Positions 44,108 to 53,699 of a DNA stretch of 64,000 bases are shown one piece after another; within the stretch, counting starts at the first letter, position 1, and each line of letters starts with the position of its first letter. The notes under the pieces were generated by a model, which made no database searches, was not told where the DNA came from, and saw nothing but the letters and a program-made list of their open reading frames with translations. Both the position numbers and the translations under genes were made by a program. The DNA comes from Bdellovibrionales bacterium (GTDB taxonomy: Bacteria > Bdellovibrionota > Bdellovibrionia > Bdellovibrionales > JAUICD01), in assembly GCA_965203275.1 (NCBI GenBank), contig OZ241865.1, positions 1,856,001 to 1,920,000 on the forward strand. Reading direction: 5' to 3'.

Positions 44108-44322
44108 TTGTACCTTCCTTTTGATTTTTGGATTTTATAACAGCATATATCTAAAAAGTCAAGCCTAGGTTATAAAAAACTAAAAAATGAGAGATTTCTA
44201 AAGTCGACCTGAAAAAGTCTAACAATTACAAATGCTTAGCACTGTAACTTTTATACAGAAGCATAAGACAAAATATTATGAGCTTCATCAATAATAAAAT
44301 GAAGTGATTTAGAATTTTGTTT

Positions 44323-44496
44323 TTATTTGTCATATTTTTCTCTTTTTTCTGAAAGCTCAGTTAAAAGTTTTTCAATATTACCAAGCAGTGAAATAGACGG
44401 GGTTGATAGACCAGCACCTATAAGAAAGTTGATATGACAATCTTGAAATATATCTTTTAAATTGTTTGAATTTGACATAAGTTTGCTATTTTCCAT
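44323..44496 (-). pseudogene. N-terminal fragment of a SIR2-family protein
   Basis: INFLIGAGLS motif followed by an early stop. Confidence 0.6.
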
Positions 44497-44701
44497 TTTG
44501 CAATCTCTAATATGTAAATTTAAAATCCATATTTTATAGGCTTTGTCTTTTTTTACCAATATTTTTATTTAGAAATCTCATGCATCGTAGAGGAGCGTCA
44601 TAATAATGAAGTCAAAGAATAATTAAGATTAAAAAGAGTAAAGAGTGTTTAGAACAGTGCTGACCTTATAAGATTTTGTGCGTGCCATTATGAAGTGGGT
44701 T

Positions 44702-44965
44702 TTATTTTTCTTGTTGGTTTTTAGCTAACATCTCAAATAATCGATCAAGTCTTTGGTTAGTTTGATCGAGTCTTTGGTTAGTTCGATCAATCTTTTCTCC
44801 AAGTTCTCTTATTTGAGTAGGGATATGGTTATTTACTTGATTTTCAATATGATCTAGCCGATTATAGATAGGGCTAACTAAAAATTGAAGTATAACGATC
44901 AAACTAGCAAGACCACCTAAAACACCTATTATTAAACCTATATTCTTTTGAAAAAAATCTTTCAT
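44702..44965 (-). CDS. TM-anchored coiled-coil protein (MKDFFQKN family)
   Basis: Paralogue of 50743 and 51166; GAGG RBS. Confidence 0.75.
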   Translation of the reverse strand: MKDFFQKNIGLIIGVLGGLASLIVILQFLVSPIYNRLDHIENQVNNHIPTQIRELGEKIDRTNQRLDQTNQRLDRLFEMLAKNQQEK

Positions 44966-45140
44966 AATTTACCTCTTTTCTCTTACTATACCACTAAAAG
45001 ACAAGAAAGAAAACAAAAATCCTTTTGATGCACAATATTATATTATTGTTTTGAAACACTTAGAAATAGCAAATTATTCTATATTTTGATTAAATTGAAA
45101 TAATTAAAGTCACAAAATCAAAATACAATAACCAATAAAT

Positions 45141-45212
45141 CCTGAGTTTGACAGTTGATCTGCGGATGTGGACATCTTTTTTTTGAGAATGCTTTATTTA
45201 TAGGTATTAGAG
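45141..45212 (+). mobile_element. Orphan IS1634 left end
   Basis: CCTGAGTTTGACAGTTGATCTGC matches 42043. Confidence 0.8.
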
Positions 45213-45620
45213 GATTAAAAATGAATGACAAACAACTCTCAATATAACCCGCGGAGGTTATAATTGAAACTTTAATATAAGCAATTTTTATCAATTTTAG
45301 TGGGCTTGACATCGTTATCTGGCCCCTGGCAGGCCCCCACTATAAGATATGCTTATTTAAAAAACTTAAGCCGACTTATCATTGTCAAAACGCTCATTTA
45401 AATGCTTTTTCAAGTTCGTTAAGACCACGTTTTAAAGTGTGACCATCCACAAAACAAAACCTTAAAAATATTATGGGATGATGGGTTTTGTGATCTAAGG
45501 ATACAAAGATAGAGAAAGCTAACAACATGTGTCACAACATCACTCTAAGATTTTAAAAGCGTTTGCATAATAAAGAAAAGTGTAAGAGACTTTCTTATCA
45601 ATATAGGAGGGAAAAAAAGA

Positions 45621-45956
45621 ATGTTAGAGTTTATAAAAAAATATAGTTCTTTGATAGCAATTGCTCTTTCTATAGTAGCCATCTGCCTTGCCATTTATGC
45701 TATTTCAATTAACAAAGAATATTTTAAAGTTACCCATCAAGATCATAGTCAAATAATTCAAAAAATTGACAATTTTGAGGCTATTCGTCAAGAGCATGGT
45801 CAGCTACTTCAAAAAACTGACAATATTGAGGATAGACATTTTGATAAGGAGTTTTGTAGGCTTTTAGAAACAGAAAATTCCATACTTCATGATCGGTTAG
45901 AAAAATCCAATGAAAACTATGATGTTCTTTTAGATGATTATTTAAGATTTCTTTAA
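45621..45956 (+). CDS. Membrane-anchored hypothetical protein
   Basis: GGAGG RBS, N-terminal TM helix. Confidence 0.6.
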   Translation: MLEFIKKYSSLIAIALSIVAICLAIYAISINKEYFKVTHQDHSQIIQKIDNFEAIRQEHGQLLQKTDNIEDRHFDKEFCRLLETENSILHDRLEKSNENYDVLLDDYLRFL

Positions 45957-45965
45957 TTAAAAAAC

Positions 45966-46688
45966 TCAATGTATATTATGACGATCAGCAAGCCTCTTGA
46001 TTGATGTTCGATGCCATATTCCACGAACACGTGTTTCAAATCCTAGCCTGTTAAATTCACAAGCTATATTTTCCCATGAAAATTTATTATTCCTTAATGT
46101 CTTTAAAGCCTCAACATGCTTTTGATCGGCTTGGCTTATCTTTGTGGGTTTATCCACTTTAGGGATTGCTTTAACTTTTTGAGGCTTTACCTTGTTATCT
46201 TTATCCTTTTTTTGTTTGTCTCGGTATTTCTCAAGACCAGCTTTAACCTTAGGATTATTTGCTCCAAGCTCCACTCCACGACCTTTTAACTCTGCCAAAG
46301 CCCGCTTTGTCCTCTTAGATATGGTCTCTCTTTCATATTGAACAATCGCTCCTAGCAAGTGTATTGTCAGTGGTGTTGCATCCGGCATATCACAACATAC
46401 AAAATCTATCTTAGATTTGGATAGGGACGTTATAAAATGCAAATCCCGACTTAATCGACTTAATGTAGCCACGATCAAAGTAGCCTTGTGTTGTTTGCAA
46501 TATTCCAAAGCCAATTGCAATTGTGGTCGATTCTTATCAGACTTGCCACTTTCCTTTTCTGTGAATGACTTGACGGGAGGCCATTTATCCTTAAGATAGG
46601 CTTTAACCATTGTCTCTTGAGTTTGTAAGCCAATAGTTTGCCTTGATGTTGATACTCTATAATAAGCTACATATTGTTTGATATTCAA
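45966..46688 (-). CDS. Serine recombinase (resolvase/invertase family)
   Basis: YYRVST catalytic Ser, ESGK..RPQL, LSRLSR, ERETISKRTK, C-terminal DNA-binding region. Confidence 0.92.
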   Translation of the reverse strand: MNIKQYVAYYRVSTSRQTIGLQTQETMVKAYLKDKWPPVKSFTEKESGKSDKNRPQLQLALEYCKQHKATLIVATLSRLSRDLHFITSLSKSKIDFVCCDMPDATPLTIHLLGAIVQYERETISKRTKRALAELKGRGVELGANNPKVKAGLEKYRDKQKKDKDNKVKPQKVKAIPKVDKPTKISQADQKHVEALKTLRNNKFSWENIACEFNRLGFETRVRGIWHRTSIKRLADRHNIH

Positions 46689-46772
46689 GCTGTGTCTCCC
46701 ACTCTAGTTTACTTTAAAGTGCAACACAGCTTTAAGAAAGTCAAAAGGATATATGACTTTATAGAATTGGTA

Positions 46773-47201
46773 TTATTCTGTAGCTCCGGCCTCTCTTAAT
46801 AGTCTTACAATATCGGTATAATCTCTATAATCTCTGCCTAAACTAACCCTCGATCTAGCCATTGATAAAGCTGTCTGGCCAGAGTTGTTTTGAATGTCGG
46901 CCACGGCCCCGGCCTCTAGCAATAGCTTTACAACCTCAATATGTCCATTATGACTAGCATACATTAAAGCCGTATTGCCTTTTTTGCTTTGATGATTGAC
47001 GTCCGCTCCGGCCTCTAGCAATAGCTTTACAACCTCTATCTCTCCACTAGCACTGGCATATATTAAAGTCTTATTGACATCTATTAAAGTCTTATTGACA
47101 TAATTATCTTGAAGGTTGACGTTTGTCCCGTCTTGAGCAAATAAGGGTTTAGTAGAAAAACATAAACATACTATTGCTATTTTTAAAAATTTTATCACCA
47201 T
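46773..47201 (-). CDS. Secreted ankyrin-repeat protein
   Basis: AAGGAG RBS before MVIKFLK; ankyrin repeats; ends GATE. Confidence 0.85.
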   Translation of the reverse strand: MVIKFLKIAIVCLCFSTKPLFAQDGTNVNLQDNYVNKTLIDVNKTLIYASASGEIEVVKLLLEAGADVNHQSKKGNTALMYASHNGHIEVVKLLLEAGAVADIQNNSGQTALSMARSRVSLGRDYRDYTDIVRLLREAGATE

Positions 47202-47368
47202 AATAATCTCCTTTATCATAATTGGTTTATTTAATAGACTTAAACGAAGTATAAACCCTATTAAATAAAAAGTCAAGTCTAATATAGATTATAAAAAACT
47301 ATGGAAATATAGGGCTTTAGAAAATTAAGCCGGTCTTTTGATTTACTTAAGGATAAATAGCATTGGTA

Positions 47369-47966
47369 TTATTCTGTAGCTCCGGCTTCTCTTAATAGTT
47401 TTTCAATCTCTGTAAAGTCTTTATAAATAGCATACATTAAAGCCGTCCAGCCTTCCTCATAGGTTTAATTGACGTTTGGCTCCGGCCGCTAGCAATAACC
47501 TTAAAATTTCTATATGGCCTTCATAACTAGCCAACATAAAAGCCGTCCAGGTATACTTGTATTGAATATCGACGTTAGCTCCATTTTCTAGCAATAACCT
47601 TACAATCTCAACATAACCTCCATAGCTAGCATGCATTAAAGCCGTCCATATATTAGTATTCCAGACATCCTTATTGTCTTGATTGACGTTAGCTCCGGCC
47701 GCTAGCAATAATCTTACAATCTCAATATAACCTTTAGAGCTTGCATGCATTAAAGCCGTCCAGCCATTAAGGTCTTGATGATTGACATCAGCACCGGCCG
47801 CTAGCGATGACTTTACAATCTCTATATCTCCACTAGAACTAGCATCTATTAAAGTCTTATTGCCATAATTATCTTGAAGATTGACGTTTGTCTCGTCTTG
47901 AGCAAATAAGGGTTTAGTAGAAAAACATAAACATACTATTGCTATTTTTAAAAAATTATTCACAAT
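47369..47966 (-). pseudogene. Ankyrin-repeat gene with frameshift near 47480
   Basis: Shifted frame continues GWTALMYA...LLREAGATE* to 47369. Confidence 0.75.
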
Positions 47967-48175
47967 AATAATCTCCTTTATCATAATTGGTTTAATTAAT
48001 AGACTTAGCAAAGTATAAACCCTATTAAATAAAAAGTCAAGTCTAATATAGATTATAAAAAACTATGGAAATATAGGACTTTAGAAAATTTAAGCCGGGC
48101 TTTAGCCAGACTTAATGATTTATTTGATAAAAGATAAAAAAAGATTCTCACTTTGAGACAAATATAGAATTGATC

Positions 48176-48964
48176 TTATTCTGTAGCTCCGGCCGCTAGC
48201 AATAGTCTTACAATCTCTGTATGTCTTGCAGTTCTAGCCATAGATAAAGCTGTCTCTCCAAAGTTTCTTTCAATATTGACGTCCGCACCGGCCGCTAGCA
48301 ATGCCCTTACAACCTCAATATGGCCATTCGCACTAGCCAACATTAAAGCTGTATAGCCATTATAAATTTTAAGATTGACGTTAGCTCTAAACTCTAGCAA
48401 TGCCCTTACAATCTCAATATGGCCATTCTTACTAGCCAAAATTAAAGCTGTATAGCCATTATACATTTGATGATTGACGTCCGCTCCGGCCGCTAGCAAT
48501 GCCCTTATAAACTCAATATGGCCATTCTCAACAGCCAATATTAAAGCTGTATAGCCATTATAAACTTCTTGAAGATTAACGTTAGCTCTAAACTCTAGCA
48601 ATAACCTTCCAACCTCAATATGGCCATTCTCAACAGCCAATATTAAAGCTGTCTGACCTTTGTTAGGGTGATCTACTTTTTGAGCATTGACGTCCGCACC
48701 GGCCACTAGCAATGCCCTTACAATCTCAATATGGCCATTCGCACTAGCCAACATTAAAGCTGTATAGCCATTATAAGCTTGAAGATTGACGTCCGCACCG
48801 CCCTCTAGCAATAACCTTACAAATTTAAGACGACCGCGTTTAACTTCCTCTAGTAATTTATTACTAATATCCACTTGATTTGGCATAAGGCTTTTGGCAC
48901 AAGCCCATAGAGAATCACTAGAAACAAGCAAAGCAATAAACAGGATAAAAATATATTTTTTCAT
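48176..48964 (-). CDS. Secreted ankyrin-repeat protein, ~6 repeats
   Basis: GYTAL..A..NGHIE repeats; ends GATE. Confidence 0.92.
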   Translation of the reverse strand: MKKYIFILFIALLVSSDSLWACAKSLMPNQVDISNKLLEEVKRGRLKFVRLLLEGGADVNLQAYNGYTALMLASANGHIEIVRALLVAGADVNAQKVDHPNKGQTALILAVENGHIEVGRLLLEFRANVNLQEVYNGYTALILAVENGHIEFIRALLAAGADVNHQMYNGYTALILASKNGHIEIVRALLEFRANVNLKIYNGYTALMLASANGHIEVVRALLAAGADVNIERNFGETALSMARTARHTEIVRLLLAAGATE

Positions 48965-49216
48965 TTGTACCTCTAATTTTTGTTTTTGATTTTATAACAG
49001 CATATTTCTGAAAAGTCAAGCCTAGGTTATAAAAAACTAAAAAATGAGAAATTTCTAAAGTCGACCTAAAAAAGTCCAACAATTACAAACACTTAGCAAT
49101 GTAACTTTTATACAAAAGTCACAATATTAAGTGACTGAAATCACTGGAATTCCAATTTTTAAACCTAATTCCTCTCATTTTTTAGAAAAATATACAGAGA
49201 AACAAATACCTTGTTT

Positions 49217-49359
49217 CCTTAACATGGTGTTAAGAGACGAAGAGATCCTTTCTACTAAAAGTAAACGGACTTTTGAGATAGCCAGCCTTTGATCGACGGC
49301 GTGAGCCGTCGGGCTGGCTATCCAAAAGTAGCCAGAGGCTAGTTTACTTTTAGTGAAAC
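49217..49359 (+). repeat. Module A copy
   Basis: Consensus match. Confidence 0.88.
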
Positions 49360-49606
49360 AAACTAGCTGAAATCACTGGATTTCTAATTTTCAAATACCT
49401 TTTTCCCCATCTTTTAGAAAAAATACAGAAATTACGAATATTTTATCCGGGATCTGGGATCCGGCAGTCGGGCAACCCGGCATCAAAAAGAAATTTTTCC
49501 TTAACATCGTGTTTATCCGGGATCAGAGTATTGGTTGTAATGAATTTTTGCATCTAAAAAATTTCCTCCCAAGCCCTGGCGGGTTTTCAGAAAGGAGGAA
49601 ATTTTT

Positions 49607-49912
49607 ATGACGATGCAAAAATTCAAAACTTATCAATTAGCTACTGAATTTTATTGTAATTCTAAAAAATTACATCTGAAAGAACCTCATAGAAGTCAAT
49701 TTCGAAGGGCTGTTTCAAGTATCGTGCTTAACTTAGCTGAAGGGTCCGCTAAACCTACAGCAAAAGATCGTAGGAAATTTTACTATATTAGCCTTGGCTC
49801 TCTAAGAGAGGTTCAGGCAATATTGGATCTAGAATTTGTTGGTTGTATGGAATTAGCAAAACAAGCGGATAAATTAGGAGCTTATTTATACAAATTATGT
49901 AAAAATACTTGA
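49607..49912 (+). CDS. Four-helix-bundle protein (23S rRNA IVP / Avd-like fold)
   Basis: SQFRRAVSSIVLNLAEGS...FYYISLGSLREV; AGGAGG RBS; flanked by heptamer tracts. Confidence 0.9.
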   Translation: MTMQKFKTYQLATEFYCNSKKLHLKEPHRSQFRRAVSSIVLNLAEGSAKPTAKDRRKFYYISLGSLREVQAILDLEFVGCMELAKQADKLGAYLYKLCKNT

Positions 49913-49989
49913 AGTCAAATTTGACTTTTCCCGGGATCTGGGATCGGGCAACCCGGCAGACAGGCAAGAATGAAGCGAATATCTTGTTT

Positions 49990-50128
49990 CCTTAACATGG
50001 AGTTAAGAGACGATGAGATCCTTCCTACTAAAAGTAAACGGACTTTTGAGACATTGCTCTTTTTAGACAGCGATAGCTGTCAGAGCAATGCCCAAAAGCA
50101 ACCAGAGGTTGGTTTACTTTTAGTGAAA
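49990..50128 (+). repeat. Module A copy
   Basis: Consensus match. Confidence 0.88.
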
Positions 50129-50521
50129 TTGTTTCAGGGGTTGCAAGGAGTGAATAATCAAGATATAATATTATCAGCAGTTCAATATCATTTATCTTGT
50201 AGAAATCCAAAGATAGATTTGGGGTTTTTCAATAGATGTTTGAAATTAGCTTCAGATAAGGATAGTAAATTAGTCAAAGTAGAAGGAGGTAAGATGGGTG
50301 CATATATACCAATGGTTAAAAGAGGTTTATTAGAAGGTTTAGCAAAAGGTCGGCAGGAAGGTATCGCTGAGGGTCGGCAAGAAGGTATGGAAAAGGGTAT
50401 GGAAAAGGGTATGGAATTAGTTGCACACAATATGTTAAAAGAGAATATGAATATTGCTTTAATCTCTCAGGTGACAGGTTTATCTCAAGATCATATTTTA
50501 AAGCTAAAAAGTAAAACCTGA
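50129..50521 (+). pseudogene. C-terminal remnant of an Rpn/PD-(D/E)XK transposase-like gene
   Basis: EGRQEGMEKG repeats, VAHNMLK...ISQVTGLS; 5' part replaced by module A. Confidence 0.7.
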
Positions 50522-51153
50522 GTTTGACAGCCTGAAAAAATAAAGTTGTGGGATTTCAATAGGTTATAAGCGTAATAAGATTTTGTGCCACTAGGATGTG
50601 AGCTTTTTTTATTGTAAGCTTTTTAATTTAGGGGAAATTATTAATTTATTCATCTGAAATTTCATTTTTCCCCTTATTTTTAGGCTTTTATATTTTACAT
50701 TATTTTTTATCATTGTGAGAGAATAAGCTAAAAAAGTGGGTTTTATTTTTCTTGTTGATTTTTAGCTAACATCTCAAATAATCGATCAAGTCTTTGGTTA
50801 GTTTGATCAATCTTTTGTCCAAGTCTTTGGTTCATTTGATCAAGTCTTTGGTTGGTCTGATCAATCTTTTGTTCAAGTCTTCTTATTTGAGTAGGGATAT
50901 GGTTATTTACTTGAGTTTCAATATGGTCTAGCCGGTTATAGATAGGGCTAACTAAAAATTGAAGTATAACGATCAAGCTAGCAAGACCACCTAAAACACC
51001 TATTATTAAACCTACATTCTTTTGAAAAAAGTCTTTCATAATTTACCTCTTTTCTTTTACTACACCATTAAACCCTGAGTTTGACAGCCTGCAAAAATAA
51101 AGCTTAGTAAATTCAGTAGGTTATGGGCTTAATAAGATTTTGTATATGCCACT
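50517..51153 (-). mobile_element. Two orphan IS1634 right ends (50517-50595, 51074-51153)
   Basis: CCTGAGTTTGACAGCCTG.AAAAATAAAG...TGCCACTA. Confidence 0.75.
50743..51039 (-). CDS. TM-anchored coiled-coil protein (MKDFFQKN family)
   Basis: Paralogue with DQTNQRL repeats. Confidence 0.75.
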   Translation of the reverse strand: MKDFFQKNVGLIIGVLGGLASLIVILQFLVSPIYNRLDHIETQVNNHIPTQIRRLEQKIDQTNQRLDQMNQRLGQKIDQTNQRLDRLFEMLAKNQQEK

Positions 51154-51165
51154 ATGAAGTGGGTT

Positions 51166-51528
51166 TTATTTTTCTTGTTGGTTTTTAGCTAACATCTCAA
51201 ATAATCGATCAAGCCTCTGGTTGGTCTGATCAAGTCTTTGGTTGGTTTGATCAATTTTTTCTCCAAATCCTTGGTTGATCTGATCAATCTTTTGTCCAAG
51301 TCTTTGGTTGGTCTGATCAATCTTTTCTCCAAGTCTTTGATTGGTCTGATCAATCTTTTGTTCAAGTCTTCTTATTTGAGTAGGGATATGGTTATTTACT
51401 TGATTTTCAATATGGTTTAGCCGGTTATAGATAGGGCTAACTAAAAATTGAAGTATAACGATTAAGCTAGCAAGACCACCTAAAACACCTATTATTAAAC
51501 CTATATTCTTTTGAAAAAAGTCTTTCAT
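51166..51528 (-). CDS. TM-anchored coiled-coil protein (MKDFFQKN family)
   Basis: Paralogue with more KIDQTNQRLG repeats. Confidence 0.75.
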   Translation of the reverse strand: MKDFFQKNIGLIIGVLGGLASLIVILQFLVSPIYNRLNHIENQVNNHIPTQIRRLEQKIDQTNQRLGEKIDQTNQRLGQKIDQINQGFGEKIDQTNQRLDQTNQRLDRLFEMLAKNQQEK

Positions 51529-51668
51529 AATCTACCTCTTTTCTTTTACTATACCATTAAAAGACAAGAAAGAAAACAAAAATCCTTTTGATGCACAGTA
51601 TTATATTATTGTTTTGAAACACTTAGAAATAGCAAATTATTCTATATTTTGACTAAATTTGAAGTCTT

Positions 51669-52070
51669 TTATTTATTTTGAACTGGATATCGACTGGCTA
51701 GCACTTCTATTTCTATCTTAGCACCTTGAGGTAATTTAGCAACTTGTACACAAGACCTGACGGGCCAAAGAGGAGCAGAAAAATACTCTGCATAAATTTT
51801 GTTCATTGTTTCAGCATCTTCTATAGATGTTAAAAATACAGTTGTTTTAATAATATTTTGAAAGTCTAAGCCCGCAGATATAAGAACTGCTCTGATATTT
51901 TCCATCACTTGTTTAGTTTGTCCTTTAATATCTTTAGCTGTGATGGCCTTTGTTTTAGGGTCTATAGGTATTTGCCCTGAACAGAACACCAAACCATCAC
52001 ACTCTATAGATTGACTATAAGGACCAATAGGTGAAGGAGCATCTGAAGTTTCAAATATTTTAATAGACAT
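51669..52070 (-). CDS. ridA: RidA-family reactive intermediate deaminase
   Basis: APSPIGPYSQ, SGQIP, KTTVFL, RSCVQVAKLP, IEIE. Confidence 0.9.
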   Translation of the reverse strand: MSIKIFETSDAPSPIGPYSQSIECDGLVFCSGQIPIDPKTKAITAKDIKGQTKQVMENIRAVLISAGLDFQNIIKTTVFLTSIEDAETMNKIYAEYFSAPLWPVRSCVQVAKLPQGAKIEIEVLASRYPVQNK

Positions 52071-52084
52071 GTAAATCCTCTTAT

Positions 52085-52630
52085 TTATATTCCACTTTTG
52101 ATACGATCTTTATCATCTAAAACACTTTGAATCCCGCCTTTTAAAGATGGGCGATAAGCTAACTCCTCAATGCCATTGATAAAACTTGAACCATTCACAC
52201 CAGGGCTTTGCCACTCAGGCCCCATTCTTACAGCATCTACAGGACACGCTTCTTCACAAAAACCACAAAAGACACACCGAAGCATGTCAATTTCATAATT
52301 AATAGGATATTTTTCTACAGAAGGGTCTTCATGTTGTGAAGCTACAATAGTAATGCAATCTGCTGGACAGTTTGTTGCACATAACATACAAGCTGTGCAA
52401 CGTAAAGAGCCATCTTTTTTCACTGTGAGAACATGATTACCCTTAAACCGAGGGCCGTATGTGTATTTTTCCTCAGGATAATTTACAGTGAGCATATCTT
52501 CATTACGTTTGAAAATATTTTGAATCATTTTGGAAAAAGTCAAAGCCATCCCCTTGAGAATACCGGGGAGATACCAACTTTTTTTAAGATTTGAACCTTT
52601 GAGTGTGATATGAAATGTTTTATTTTTCAT
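52085..52630 (-). CDS. nuoI: NADH-quinone oxidoreductase subunit I
   Basis: TVNYPEE; CTACMLCATNCP and CVFCGFCEEACP. Confidence 0.9.
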   Translation of the reverse strand: MKNKTFHITLKGSNLKKSWYLPGILKGMALTFSKMIQNIFKRNEDMLTVNYPEEKYTYGPRFKGNHVLTVKKDGSLRCTACMLCATNCPADCITIVASQHEDPSVEKYPINYEIDMLRCVFCGFCEEACPVDAVRMGPEWQSPGVNGSSFINGIEELAYRPSLKGGIQSVLDDKDRIKSGI

Positions 52631-52846
52631 TTGATTTTTCTATTCCAAATTTTTATTCCAACGGGATACCTTTAAATGACCTAAAAAGCTTAAAATATAA
52701 CAAAAGTTAAAAAATCTTCTGTAAAAGATAGGCTAGAGGCTTATCATTTAACAAATCACAAATACTTATTCTTATACCCTGTTGTCAATATCATTCATGT
52801 CATAACATCTTAATTAAAGTATCACAAAATCAAATAGGCTACAAAA

Positions 52847-53518
52847 TCATGATTTGATGGCTTTGTTCTTTTTAGCTTCTTCTTCTGCTTCCTCTGCCTT
52901 TTTTGCTTCCTCTGCTTCTTCTGCTTCCTCTGCTTCTATTGCTGCCAGGCTTTTGGCTCTTTTATTTTCAATGCCTAAAATATCTTCTAAGGATTCAAGA
53001 GCTGTTTCCCATTGCTCTATAGCATCTTCTAATGATGTCAATGCCCTTTCTTCTTCCCTTCTAAGCCTTTTCCATAGTTTAGTCATTTCTTCTAATTTAT
53101 CTATATTTTTTTCTAAATCAACAATTGTTTGACCTGGTTTTTGTATAACCATGCCTCTTTTATCTATTATTTCATCCCATCTTGAAAAAGCATTTTTCCT
53201 TGCATCTGTTGTTTTTTTCCATTTGTAATTGGCCATTTTCCAGTGAAAGACCATATTTTTTAACTGGGTTTCTGCCTCTAACCACCTACTTAATTGAGAT
53301 TGTAGCTTGAAGAGTTCCTCTTTTTCTTCTATTTTTTCTCTTAAATCCATGAGGTGATCCCACTTGTTATGCAGTCGATTGAGCAGGTCCATATCTTGTT
53401 GCCAACGATCCATTAGTGTTCTCCAATCAAGCTTTGCCTGCATCCAAGTGACAATCATTAGCTCTTTTTTATAGAAAATAAGCTGTTCTTTTTTATCCAT
53501 AATAAAATGTTTTGTCAT
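52847..53518 (-). CDS. Trp-rich coiled-coil hypothetical protein
   Basis: AAGGA RBS; helical heptads; EAE repeat tail. Confidence 0.6.
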   Translation of the reverse strand: MTKHFIMDKKEQLIFYKKELMIVTWMQAKLDWRTLMDRWQQDMDLLNRLHNKWDHLMDLREKIEEKEELFKLQSQLSRWLEAETQLKNMVFHWKMANYKWKKTTDARKNAFSRWDEIIDKRGMVIQKPGQTIVDLEKNIDKLEEMTKLWKRLRREEERALTSLEDAIEQWETALESLEDILGIENKRAKSLAAIEAEEAEEAEEAKKAEEAEEEAKKNKAIKS

Positions 53519-53699
53519 GATTATAGTTCCTTTCTTTGTTGGAATGGTGAATGTGGTAAATAAATATTTTATCCACTATTTTTGTTTAAAAATCAACCTT
53601 TATTTTTAATTCTACCTCACTTTGTCATTTTATGAAAGTCTTTTTTTTATATTGTTATGGCCAGAGGTGAAAATCATTGTATTCAAGCTATTTATCTTA

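Noticed and set aside
48176..49912. Diversity-generating retroelement (Avd-like gene near repeat genes)
   Set aside because: No reverse transcriptase in the window and no TR/VR pair with adenine-specific differences seen
49970..50521. 183-aa ORF as a genuine protein
   Set aside because: Chimera of module A sequence and an Rpn C-terminal remnant
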